Source: Rhizodiscina lignyota (Eukaryota). From it: DNA of 64,000 bases. How positions within the stretch are numbered: the stretch's first letter is position 1; each line of letters opens with the position of its first letter. The position numbers and the translations under genes are program-made. The DNA is taken from NCBI GenBank assembly GCA_010015805.1, contig ML978121.1:1736001-1800000 (forward strand), written 5' to 3'. Below, in pieces: positions 10,124-21,762 of the stretch. The notes under the pieces were generated by a model that was not told the origin of the DNA, searched no databases, and was given only the letters and a program-made list of their open reading frames with translations.

Positions 10124-11681
10124 CGTGAATTGCCTTTGCACAACGACTTGCAGAGGGAAACCGGCAGCGGGTCAGACCCTGGAGAACTGCGACTCTTTAA
10201 AGGGCACCGAAGATCCCGAGTGCCGTTGTCGCGCGCCTTCGCTACAAATCAGACCCATGGTCTTGTGGATCATTCAACTTACAACGCTTGACAAAGCTTC
10301 TTGGGGTTCTGTCCGTGTGGTCTGGGGTTGGATGGTTTGAGGAGTCCCATGTGCGGGGAACAGCCGATTTGCGTTGGATTTGATGCTGACCGGGTGAAAG
10401 AGGCGTGCATGGCCTGCAGCACTGGCACTCGGCAAGCCATTTTGCCATTTTACCAACCAGTGGGAGCTCGTCGCCGAAGCACAGAAGCTCCACGGAAGCT
10501 CCACTTGGCAATTCTTCCCCTTGATGCTTGCCGTTGAGGCATCTTCGGCGCGTTGAGGCTCTCAGCATGGGAATCCGAAATACGCGTCTGACCGGGGAGC
10601 CCTCCCATCCGTCCGCCAACACGGTATCGCGCGACCGATAAATTTGAAAGCATTTGCGCCGCAGTGACAGCTTCGGCGTGCACTGTTGGCAACGGGCGGC
10701 ACGCCGTAGCGGTTGTGCTGTGGTGCTCCACGTGCCATCTCCATGACCTCATGCCGCCGTTGGATCGCTCCACTAAAAGCGGCAAAGGAAGGTGTGGAGA
10801 AGAAGAGCGTGGAGATCTGCCCGTTGGCCTGTGGCGGCCAAGACGGGCTTAATTCCCCGCCAAGACAGCACAGGAGATAGGCCTGGTATCCGAAGCCTGT
10901 CGCTCGCGTCGCCGCTTTTCCGACGTCATCTCGTGATATTCAACTTTCCACCTGCGAGAATTAGACCTGATACGAACGAGTGAAGGTGGTTCGAGCCTCT
11001 CACCCGATCACATTTACCAGCCAGACCTCGCCTATTATGCAAATTTCGCTAATGCTCTTGGCGACGCAGGGTAGCCCAGGGACGGCAGTACTCCATATCC
11101 GACGCCCCGGTTGATAGACAAACAACACATGGAAGAGAAGGCTTGAAACACACAGATGTTCCGTTCTATTGGAATTTTCAGTCTGGGGTATTTGCACAAT
11201 AATTCCAACATTTATCCCCGTCCTGGCTCACTTCTCGAACCTTTACGTCAATTGAATCCCGAAACTGTCCATATAAGGCTCAATAACATCCGCTCATAAC
11301 TACGCATGTCTCGTTGAACAGCTGTTTTCATCGCTCCGCTCAAAATACATCTTTCCTTAAAGCACATCAGCTCATAGCGCAATAGTCGACTCTGAAACAT
11401 GACATGACCCGCTGGCAAACCTAACGTTGGCTTTATTGGCATTGAGAAGTATGGAAACAAACTCATTGCACATGGCTTCTCGTTTGATGTTCGAACATAA
11501 TATGACAGATCTGATTCTATATTCCACTACTGAAGAGCTGAAATGCAGGCTCGTCTATTCGTATACTGTGGGCAAGCTCCATGGACTGTAAGCATTAGAA
11601 CTTATGCTCTCTTTCGAACTTCTCTAGTTCACAGTCTGCCGTAAGACCACCTACTTCGTATTTCCTTCCAACTCTCTTCAC

Positions 11682-12203
11682 CTACTCTCCAATTTGCCTT
11701 TCCTTCAGAATCTCTCCAGTCTCCTCCACCTTCACAGGCTCCGCCGGCAAAATCACAAATATCATCCTGGCATTCTCCGCCGTCCGATTATGCCACGCAT
11801 GCACCGTGCCCCTCTGCACAACTCCATCCTGCTCCTTTAGAACTGTTTCCACTCCATCTTCAAGCTCAATTACCACCTCCCCTTTTATTACGACGCCGAA
11901 ATCGACGCTCAACGTCCGATGAAACGGAGCCGTGGAGTTCGGCGGGAAGTCGATGATGCGCCAGTTGGAGGAAACGGCTTCAGAGATGGGCTGCGATTTG
12001 TTTGCGGGGTCCTCGAAAGGAGCGTTGTTGGACTCAGGAGCCGCGGTTGTGCGGAAGAGGAATGTTGCCCCAAAAGCACCTTCTTGAGCACGCTCAGAAG
12101 GAACGAAGAAGTCGCCGGGATACAGCGTATCGTCGTTCGTTATAATGGCGCGGCCTGAGGAGGAGTGTCCCGTCACAACACGGCGGAATGATGGATATGC
12201 CAT
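11682..12203 (-). CDS. Cupin-2 domain protein (about 173 aa)
   Basis: RRVVTGH..G.A, IIDFPP, FHRTLSVDFGVV..GE and VQRGTVHAWHNR motifs. ATG at 12203. Confidence 0.88.
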   Translation of the reverse strand: MAYPSFRRVVTGHSSSGRAIITNDDTLYPGDFFVPSERAQEGAFGATFLFRTTAAPESNNAPFEDPANKSQPISEAVSSNWRIIDFPPNSTAPFHRTLSVDFGVVIKGEVVIELEDGVETVLKEQDGVVQRGTVHAWHNRTAENARMIFVILPAEPVKVEETGEILKERQIGE

Positions 12204-13398
12204 GGCTTGTGTACGTTGTGGTCCCAGAAGGCAGTACAACAGCCGCTGACAACGTTTGGAAATAGTGGGAGTCACTGTATTTGAGAGTACGGGAGTAGAA
12301 ACAACGCACTGGTATTATATTGATTTCATTATATCTCCGAAACGACCTGTCTAATCAACATTGACTACCGAAATACACGCTCATGCAGAGCTCCCTCATC
12401 GGGGTAAGCGGTCGCCGATATTGTCCGGGTCGGACAGGCTTAGAAGCTCTCGCACGACAGTTAATAATAATAGTTGTTCATCAAATCCCAAGAATACAAG
12501 CTGCTTAAACAAAGGTCTAAGGTCTAAGCTTACTTCGAGGTTAGGTTCCGTGTAAGCCAACCACGGCCACTCGTTCAGAAAAAGAGTTCGTGAAATAGCG
12601 CCATGAACTTGTTCCTTAGGTACGTTCGTCCGGATTACAGATTGAGGCTGAAAAGCCAATTATTAATCTCGCAAGATACCCGCTACTTTCTTCCACTATC
12701 TACAACCCCGTCATATCTAACAAGATATGAACCTAAGCAGCTAAAGAAGTGGTGCAGCCGTAGCGAAAGCTGACTTATCGTAGAAGGCCGCCGATATCAG
12801 CGTTCGGCGGGCAGCTTTCACTATTGTAGGCTATGTTCATCAGCACTTGCCTGAGTCTTAACGCTGGTGAAGATTTTAATGCAGATGGCGAAATGAACTC
12901 AGCGGGATTCAAAGTGTGCTTGACACGGTACTCCCGTATTGTCGTCCGAACGAAAAAGAGGTGAGCAAGCTGAAACCGCACTGCTGGATGCATGTTGCAT
13001 CTACGCAATACTTCTGTGCGTTCCGAATAAATTCCATCTGAAGCATATTAAATTAAGCTTTCAGAGATGCTCTCGCACATGCTGAAGAGCAAAGCTCACT
13101 TACCCTACACCCGTTCGACTTTATCAAGCTGAATTATCTCGTCAACCTCGCGCTGGAGGTTCGGATGGATGTTGGCCATGACAAGGGAATAGTAATTTTC
13201 CGACACATGATTAAAAATTAACATTTGCGAGCGAGGCTAGCTACGTATTCTCGCAATAAAATGGATATCAAATACATATGACGTCCGTGTCTTTGTGCAT
13301 TTTGCAGCATCAGAACAAAGGAAACGCTGCAAGATCCGCCAATCTTGGGCCAAAGTAGCAGAAAATAATCTACATGGAATCGCTTTCGGGTATTAGTC

Positions 13399-16300
13399 CT
13401 AGTCGTCCAACTTAAACGCCCTCCTCAGAGCCCCAAACTTCTTTTTCTTCTTGCTGCCGACCGACGGCCCAGCACCTTCCCCAAGCACGCTGTCATTCTC
13501 CGCGAATCTCAAACCAACGCCAGAGCCATCGACCGTACTCCTCCTCTGCCCTACATCCGGTCTATCATTGTCCGGCGCTGCTGCTGCATCCACCGAGCTT
13601 GCCTTTCCCAAGGCATCGTCACCGATTGTTTGTGGCGGGTGTAGTGGCCACGAGCCGCTGCCAACGCGTTGGGGAGACTGCGGTGTAGTTCTACGCTGAA
13701 GTTTGGGGCTTTTAGCTCTCTCGGATGGTTTCGCTGCTGTTTGTTTCGTGTCGACATTGGCAGCACTCATTGGGGGCAGTGTGGGTTGCGGCGGCAGTGA
13801 ATTAGTCTTCTTCTTCCTACCAATCCCAAAGAAGCTGCGCTTTTCTTTCTTGGGCTGAACACCAGTAATGGCAGAGGTTTGTCCATCAGGTGCTCCGGAT
13901 GCGTGCTTACTCGAATCTAGCCCCCGCATCGATCCCGCAGCCAATGTGCTTCCCTCAGTCTTCGCTCCAGTGTTACCATTCGTCATATTGCCACCTTTGG
14001 GACTTGACAACGCACCAGCCTCACCACCGCTCTCGTCCTCCAGATCGGTGGAGTCGCCATCTTCATGACCTGGTTTTCGAGGGATGCCTCTTACAGGAGT
14101 AAGATCTTGGAGCGCCGTCGGACTGTCGTCCTCGTCATCCGAATCTGCAAACCGAGAGCGGAACGTTGGTCGGAGCATTTGTGGAGAATCATCATCCGAG
14201 TCGTCTGCATAGCGTGACTTGTACAGACCTTCTGTTCTTAGAGTAGGTTTGGGTGGGGCAGGTACTGGCATAGGTGCCGGCATAGGTACCGGAGCTTTGC
14301 CTTTTGTCTCTTTGTTGAACATTGAGAAGCGTGTAGGCGATTTTGCAGTTCGTAGCGTCTCGCGATGTGTAGGTTGAGCGGTAGAGGGACGGGATAGATG
14401 CCCATCGTCAAGAGATGAGCGCATCGGGCTCCGTTTTGCCGTCGATGTGCCCGGTGGTGATAAAGATCGTAGACTAAATCGCTTTCCTCTCCCTGTGCTA
14501 GTCTCAATACCGCTAGACGTTGCTGGCCGAACTTCTGGCGGAGACGCCGAGCGTAACGTTCTCACTTCCCTTATAGGCTGTGGCTCCGCTCCCCTCATGC
14601 TATGCCTCATGGTGTATCGCTCGCCATCGGACATGATAGTTTTTGATAATCGTGCACGCTTGAAGCTGCTATCACTTGCATCGGAGTCGCTCCTGAGTAG
14701 GAGCGGCATTGCATAGGGTTTGGAGGTAGACTTTGCAACGACCCGGGAAGGCTCAGATGGTGCGGTAGCTGGGCGCGCCGATGCTGCGGCAGATGCCGAG
14801 GCCATGGGGAGAGTGTTCTTCCGAAGTGTGCTTCTAGGCTCATAAGCGGGTACGTTGCTGTAGCGAGATGTTTGCAAGCCACCGCCCTGGGCGCCACGCA
14901 TTGAAGATGGCATATTTCCACCTGTGCGTAAGGACTGGCGAAGATGAGTTTCGGGCCTCTGCGGCTCTTCCTGGGGAACTCTGTTGCGCAGCGAAGTTCT
15001 GAGATGATACTCTTCTCTTGGCAGATCTGGGGAGCGAGTATGTCTTGATTCCATCGCCAAGCGTGCGGTTTCTGGTTGAGCTGGTGGTCGAGCAGCCTTC
15101 TTTTTCTTCCCTTTCGGTGGCCTCGGTCGTTCAGGCGTAATAGTGCGCTCCTTTTCTCCCTCTTCTTTCGCTTGCTTTTCAAGCTCCTCCCTTTGTCGCA
15201 CACTCAACCCGCTCCAATAAGCCTTCGTTTTGTTCCAGTCAGTGAGGTCTTCGTCAACATGCGATCCACTCCTGAGAGGTGAGCTTTCTGGCAAGACACG
15301 GGATGGACTCGCAGGCCCTCCAATGGGGCTCTCGACAATCGCATCCAGAGAAGCATAGGGCTCCAGATCTGACAGCTCTTCTTCTGCGTCACTGTAAATG
15401 CTTTCGTCTGACGAATTTTCCGCAACTGGCTCCAAAGCTTGTCGTTGCACCGGAGGTTCGGTAGCAGGCGCTGGTGGTTGGTGTTCAGCAGGAACCTCTT
15501 CAGGCTTCGCAATCGAGACTTCTGGTTTCGATGGAAGTTCATTACCATCATCATCGTCGTCGTCGTCATCATCAAGCCAAGAGCCCGCGAAACCTCCCGG
15601 CATGACCAATGGGTACGCGTCTTCCTTTTCTTTCTCTGACTCAGTCGCACCAGGCGTTGCAGGCTGAATCTCAATGACAGGAACGTCCATAACTGGCTTT
15701 GATTCGGTGATCTTGGCCTTGTCTATCTCGGATTCTGATGCCTCTGGCTCTGGGAGAGGTTCGCTGGGCGGGACTTCTTGAACTACTTCAACTGGCTTGA
15801 TAACTGGCTCTTCTGGTACTGGCAGGGTTCGCTCGTCTTCGCTCGCATCCGAATCGGAAACGTAGCCTGTACCCTCCACAGAAGTGACTTCTGGAGGCAG
15901 TGGTTCATTTGGATCCAGCTTCGGTTCAGCAAGAGCCGAGTCCTGAGTGGGCTTGCGGTTCTCTAGATGCTTTGCAAGGATGCCACCAACAGCATGATCG
16001 CTCGAGTGCTCCAAGGACTCAGGAGCGATCGTGCTTACGCTGGTGGACATGCTGGACGGAATACTCTCTGTCACTTTTATTGGTGGCTCAATCTCTTGTG
16101 GTGCCTGCCGAGACCTACCTCGGATGCTGCCAAACGACGGCAGGACGGGTCTTGGAGACATTTCAAAGCCGTCATCGTCATCAAATACGTCGTGAGTAGC
16201 ATATCTTGACGACATCATGCCAGATTGAGTAGCAGTGGTGTCAGGGATGATTTCAACTGCATCATCGCCGAAACTGACTCGCGCGCTCTTCTTCTTCTGC

Positions 16301-17962
16301 CTCGTGACAGACCCCTCCTCACTTCCGGAAACAGATACGTCCCTTGAAGCAGGTTTGGGGAGAGCTGGTACGAAACTCGTAATTGGCGAGCCGGTTCGTA
16401 CAGAAGAAGCTGGTGATTGCTTCAGTGCAGGCTTAGCCGGTGATAAGGATCGTGGTGGAGGCGAATGTAGAACACCATTCAAAATAGTTACCGGTGCAGC
16501 AGAAAAGTGCGCGGTCCGTGAAGGGCTAAGTGAGGAGGAACGACCAATGGTCGCAACATTGTCACCAGGATTAAGGCTTGCTGCACGATGGTCCTGAGGC
16601 GTGGGTCGTGTGGGTGTTGGCTGAGCCAGTGCGGCAGAGGCCTCACGAAGATGCTCTGCCCGAAGGTGTTGTTTGGATGCTTCGGTTTCCACTTGTTCAT
16701 CCTCTTCCGTCTCTTCTCGCACAATAGAGGGCTGTTTGGTTAGTACAGCTGTCGCCTTCCCGTGCAACGGATGAGCCCTCTCGACAGTTGGAGATGCACC
16801 CTTCTGGACTTTTGCGGCTAGGGCCGAGGTCACCTCAGGTACAAGTTCTGGCTCTGGTTCTGGTTCTGACTGCGGAATAGCCACAGGCGCTGCAGAAGCT
16901 GGAACCACGGTACGCGTATTTGGATCGTATATTACGGTTGGTTTACGAGGGTCCACCACGGTGCTCGGTGGAGAAGCTGGCACCATTTTCCGCGTGTTCG
17001 GATCATAAACCATTGTTGGCTTATGTGAATCCATCGCATTTATGGCCTGGGAAAGTCGCATCCCTTCTGGAGCTGCGGGAGTCCTCTTCTTCTTTTTCGC
17101 AACGGGCATGTTAGCCGTGCTCTGAAGTGACTGCTGTACATGTCCAGTTTCGACAGCGGGAGGGGCCACCGCAGTTTTGACGCGATCATTGATATCTTGC
17201 CGAAACTGCGCATTTGTCCCTACAGGTGCGGTGAACCAACCACTTCGGCCAGATTTTGGCTGGGCAGGGCTGTTACTTTGCGAAGGACTTTGCCCAGGGC
17301 TCATAGGTCTTGAGAAATTGACTGAACGCCTTCCACCGTTCGTAGTATCTAGCTCTGGCAGCTGTGAGAGACTTGCGACTCTCGGGTGCTGTGTTCGAGT
17401 TATCGCGTCGACGCTCCTTCCTCGTCCACCGGGCCGAGAAAGGCGCGGTGATGAGGGATTCTGAGGTGTCTCCACGCTTGCGGAGCGTACATGAGGCCCG
17501 TCTCGACCAGACTGTATTGAGTTCGGAAGCGCTGGAACAGGAGGCGCACTGGGGTCTGCCTTGACGGCCACATCTTTGCGATTAGGCGAGGGTGATCGAA
17601 ATGACCTTTCCGTCATCGACCCATTGCTGTTTGTCCTCTGAAGCGGCGACCCTGCTGGAGATCTTGCGCGACCTGCCGCGCTTCCCTTAGATGAGCTTGA
17701 GTCTCTTCTGACCATGCGCTTCGTCTGTATGTCAGCCGGGTTCGTCGGAGGCGGCGTGTGAGAGCGGAGCGCCGCAGCTGCTGCGGCGGAGGAGAGGGAA
17801 ACATTTGAATTTTGACTGTTGATGAACGCTTGGGTGGCGGCGCTGGCAGCGGAGGGATCAGGAGCGGAGTTCTTGAGCTACGAACAGTTAGCATATGCCA
17901 CCCAATATTATATCGTTGCATTTCGTATGTACCGGATTCGACGCCTTCCGCCGATGGAACAT
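13399..17962 (-). CDS. Large low-complexity S/P/E/R-rich protein (about 1500 aa), possibly eisosome Seg1-like; exons 17962-17933 and 17877-13399
   Basis: 1438-aa ORF extends upstream through intron 17878-17932 to MFHRRKASNP. Contains SSAAAAAALRSHTPPPTNPADIQTKRM and a basic amphipathic C-terminus KKKKKFGALRRAFKLDD. The Seg1 assignment is tentative. Confidence 0.75.
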
Positions 17963-19063
17963 GTTGACAGGCGTCAAATCATTCAAGGCGCGCGTTACCG
18001 CGCCATATGTGAAGGTGGGTTGATATGCGCGAAGTTCGGGAATGTGGCGTGAACGGGTACTGATGTAATGAAGCGGGAAGCTTTAGAGTCGTGGTACAAG
18101 GAGTGACGGGGCGGTTGTGCGACGAATGGCGCGTCGCAAAAGAGTAGAAGGTTCAAGTCGCTCAAGAACTGAGAGAAGGGAGTGGTATGAAGGAGAGAAA
18201 AGTGGTCGGCGTGAAGAAAAGAAAAGGCAGCGGATGGGATTCACTTGGAAAAGGGCCGACTTTCCATCAGGTTGTTTGCTTGTTGTTTCTCGGCCTAGCC
18301 AGTGGCCCGATCGTCGTCATGGTCATGGATCGGTGCCGCACCGCCACATATAAAACCTCGAGATCAGCCATGCGTTGGAACTTCCAGATGCAAAACTGCC
18401 TTCGAGTGAGTGTGCCCGCTATCCTCAAGAACACAATGCTACATATGATTTATGCCGTCGTCAGAGGGCAATAGGAGCAAGTCGAATGAGGTCTGGAGAA
18501 TGCGCCTAGAATCCTCATCCTGTGATCTCCTCGATACACATCTGTACTTGGATAATGGCTTTCAATGTTCTCTCGATCGAGGATCCACATAAACATCGCT
18601 CTCGCCAAACCCTAGAATCAACCACAGACTTCGCATGATGCTATGCTGTGAGGACGGTGGAGAACAAATACTTAGCCGTAACCCTAACCCTGCCGGGGAA
18701 ATTAAGAGTAACTCATCTCAGACCTGCCAACCTCCTCTACGTCGCCAGCAAGGCTCGAAATAAGGTCGAAGGACTTTCGGCCGCCTGGTGGCTAACCTCG
18801 TCTCTCTAGGACGGACCTGACAGCTTCACCGGGTAATGAAAGTGCGCTGTAGATAGAACTCGGAGACTCTAAGTCCGCAAATAAGGCATTTGCCGAGCAC
18901 TCTGACGATGGTTTGTAATTCTTTGATTTGACCTCATCTCCACGGCTCTGGTGTCTAGTACATTCTATAGTTTCATCTCTTTTATTCCTGTTCCTTCTTA
19001 CAGAACCGTTGTCGCCGCTCCCTTGTTACACCTATTCATCCAAGTTGCAATATATCCGTCACG

Positions 19064-20257
19064 ATGACTACGCTATTCAAAGGTCAACAGTTACCACCCA
19101 TCCCGCTCCCTAGCGGTCTCACAGAGCGCCAAGTAGAAGTTGAGCTAGCTGGCATGTCATATCATGTTATCGAGGCAGGAGGCACTCCAGCGCGTGATCG
19201 GCCACTGGTACTGTTGTGTCACGGCTATCCTGAATTGGCCTACTCCTGGCGCAAGATCATGCCGACTCTTGCCTCAGCTGGCTACTACTGCGTCGCGATG
19301 GACCAACGCGGATACGGCAGAACCATCGGCTGGGATACCTCTAGCTACTACCAGGTCAACATGTCACAGTTCACCATGACAACTCTCGTCCGAGATACAG
19401 CAGCCCTTGTCAACTGCCTCGGTTACAAGAAAGTCCATTGCATCATCGGTCATGACTTTGGCGCCGTAACAGCAGCAATGTCTGCGCTCATGCGTCCTGA
19501 CATCTTTACTGCCGTTATAACGATGAGCCACCCCTTCACAGGCATGCCAGAGTTCCCATTCAATACTGCCAACAACGCTCCAGGTCCAAGGACGCCGAAG
19601 TACGATATCCAAGCTGAGCTAGCCAAGTGTAATCCTCCACGGAAGCACTACAAGTGGTACAATTCTACTTACCCAGCAAACGGGGATTGGACCAATCCAG
19701 CGCAAGGAATGCATGCTTTCCTCCGTGGATACTTCCACACGAAATCTGCAGACTTCACCCTCAATAAGCCGCATCCGCTCGAAGAGTGGAGTGCTTCAGA
19801 ACTAGCTAAAATGCCGCATTACTACATCTTGCCACTGGATGCTACCATGCCCGAGGCTATTGCACTGGACATGCGCACTGAAGACGCGGACAAGACAAAG
19901 CGCTGGCTCTCTGACGAGGAGCTTGACGTATACGTGGGAGAGTGGTCCCGCACAGGATTCTCAGGAGGCCTCAACTGGTATCGCAATGGTTCGCAAACAG
20001 GTCGTGTAAACGATGTTGCGCTCTTTTCTGGTAAGACCATCGACGTGCCCGCGAAATTCATCTCTGGAGCACAGGACTGGGGTAACTATCAAGAGCCGGG
20101 AGCAATTGAGAATCTATCAAAGACATGCACCGACTTCAGAGGAACTGTTTTCGTTGACGGGGCAGGACACTGGCCACAGCAAGAGCAGCCCGAGAAAGTG
20201 GGCGAGGAGATCCTGAAATTCCTCAAAAGCCTCGAGAGCGCGCCGTCCAAGCTATAG
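19064..20257 (+). CDS. Soluble epoxide hydrolase-type alpha/beta hydrolase
   Basis: HGYPE oxyanion motif, DQRGYG, nucleophile GHDFGA, LNWYR and GAGHWPQQEQP. The C-terminal SKL is a PTS1 peroxisomal signal. Confidence 0.92.
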   Translation: MTTLFKGQQLPPIPLPSGLTERQVEVELAGMSYHVIEAGGTPARDRPLVLLCHGYPELAYSWRKIMPTLASAGYYCVAMDQRGYGRTIGWDTSSYYQVNMSQFTMTTLVRDTAALVNCLGYKKVHCIIGHDFGAVTAAMSALMRPDIFTAVITMSHPFTGMPEFPFNTANNAPGPRTPKYDIQAELAKCNPPRKHYKWYNSTYPANGDWTNPAQGMHAFLRGYFHTKSADFTLNKPHPLEEWSASELAKMPHYYILPLDATMPEAIALDMRTEDADKTKRWLSDEELDVYVGEWSRTGFSGGLNWYRNGSQTGRVNDVALFSGKTIDVPAKFISGAQDWGNYQEPGAIENLSKTCTDFRGTVFVDGAGHWPQQEQPEKVGEEILKFLKSLESAPSKL

Positions 20258-20366
20258 CAGACGAAATGATCACCTTTCGGCCTTTAGGTTGGCAGAATGC
20301 CCGCTGCATATTATCTGTGCAATGTGAAATTTTCTGACTAATTCCGAGTGCTCTTTTCGGTCCCGT

Positions 20367-21265
20367 TCAGAACAAGAGCGTGCCACCATTTGTGTGCACC
20401 TCCGTGCCGGTCATGTTCGCATCTCGCATGCAACATAAATAACTCTCTGCCACATCCTCCGGCTTCCCAATTATTTTCGTCAACATCGTGTCTTTTGCTT
20501 TCGCCTTAAGCACTGCTCCGATACCCCCCGGTAGCGCATCCCAGAGCGGCGTGTCCACCGCACCCGGCAGGACCAGATTAACTCTCAGTGGCGCCAGGTC
20601 CACTGCAAGCCCTTTCGTCATGCCGAGCGAGCTTGCTGCATTTCCCGTCATGGGCCCTGCGAAACCGGTGCCATGTAGAGGGCGTATAGCAAGAACGCCA
20701 GACGTGAGGGTGATGGAGGAGCTGGGCCCAGGGTTCATATATTTTGGCGCATGTTTCCCAAACATGAGCGGCGAGAAGAAGCGAAGGTTTACTACAAAGT
20801 GTGGTCAGCGTCCTTCATTCGAATGGCCGCTGTTCCCTTCATCAGCAGCACTAAGATCAACTCCGACTCACCCGAATTGCGATCTGTCATGTCCTTCACG
20901 CCCAACGCACTCAATGGCACTGGATCGACTCCGGTACCTGAAAGGTGCACAATATGATCGAGCTTCTTCCCAGTATCCTGTACCACTTTCTCCAAGATGC
21001 TGACTGTATTCTTCTCCATCGTGTCCTGGTTCCCCAAATCGCACTGGTATCCCCTGATATTGTCCTTCTTACTCGGATAAGCCTTCTGGAGCTTTGCTAC
21101 AGCTTGATGCACGCGTTCTGGATTGGATGACGCGACTGACACCAAGGCGCCAAACTCAAGTGAAGCCTCGGCCACACACAAGCCAATTCCCGAAGTCCCA
21201 CCCAGAATGAGGACGTTGGCATCTTGAAGCTTGTTGGCGTACTTGGTTTGATCTTGACCAGACAT
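20367..21265 (-). CDS. Short-chain dehydrogenase/reductase (one intron, about 20791-20870)
   Basis: GGTSGIG Rossmann motif, LAVDLAPLRVNLVLPGAVDTPLW, and GKPEDVAESY..MTG...NGG. Intron GTGAGT..CTGAC..TAG joins the two ORFs. Confidence 0.88.
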
Positions 21266-21762
21266 GGTGATGAAGAATCGTGCGAAGATCCAAGGTTGAA
21301 AGAAGTAAAGTGACTCGAGGTTGAGTTAAGAGATCACAGGAGAGAACAAGATATCAATCGAATTCAATTGAGCATAAGAACCAAGGACAGGGGCAGAAAC
21401 TCTTTATATAACGTCTACATCAGGTCGCAGCTGCCATGGAATGCAAAGTCTACTGTACAATTATTGCACAAATGGTGCCGGATTTAATCGGCCTTAACGC
21501 ACGACCAATAGCTCGAGCAACTCCGCTCAAGCAGCGCGACCTCAATACTGATCGCCTTAGTATCCATTCGCACAAAACAATTCGGGAGGCGGAAATATTT
21601 TATGCTCCGCGTCAAGCAGCGGAACATTCGATACTCGGCGATAATTCGGTCACGTGTCCATTAATTGGCCGGAGGCGGGACTGACAATCGCTCCGGACTC
21701 GGGGTTGGGGCTGAGGTTTCGCGCTGGCCTCTCCGAATTGCACTTTGTGCAAGCCACTTGGA

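Noticed and set aside
12361..13300. TA-rich intergenic segment with short ORFs, possibly a RIP relic
   Set aside because: No recognisable protein or transposon motif, and the signature is weak.
13451..17564. Many antisense and alternative-frame ORFs over long genes (here and throughout the window)
   Set aside because: Shadow ORFs of real coding sequences.
18679..18691. Telomerase RNA template candidate
   Set aside because: More than two repeats long and under 400 nt from the next CDS. Pezizomycotina telomerase RNAs are much longer, and no pseudoknot or CR4/5 element was recognisable.
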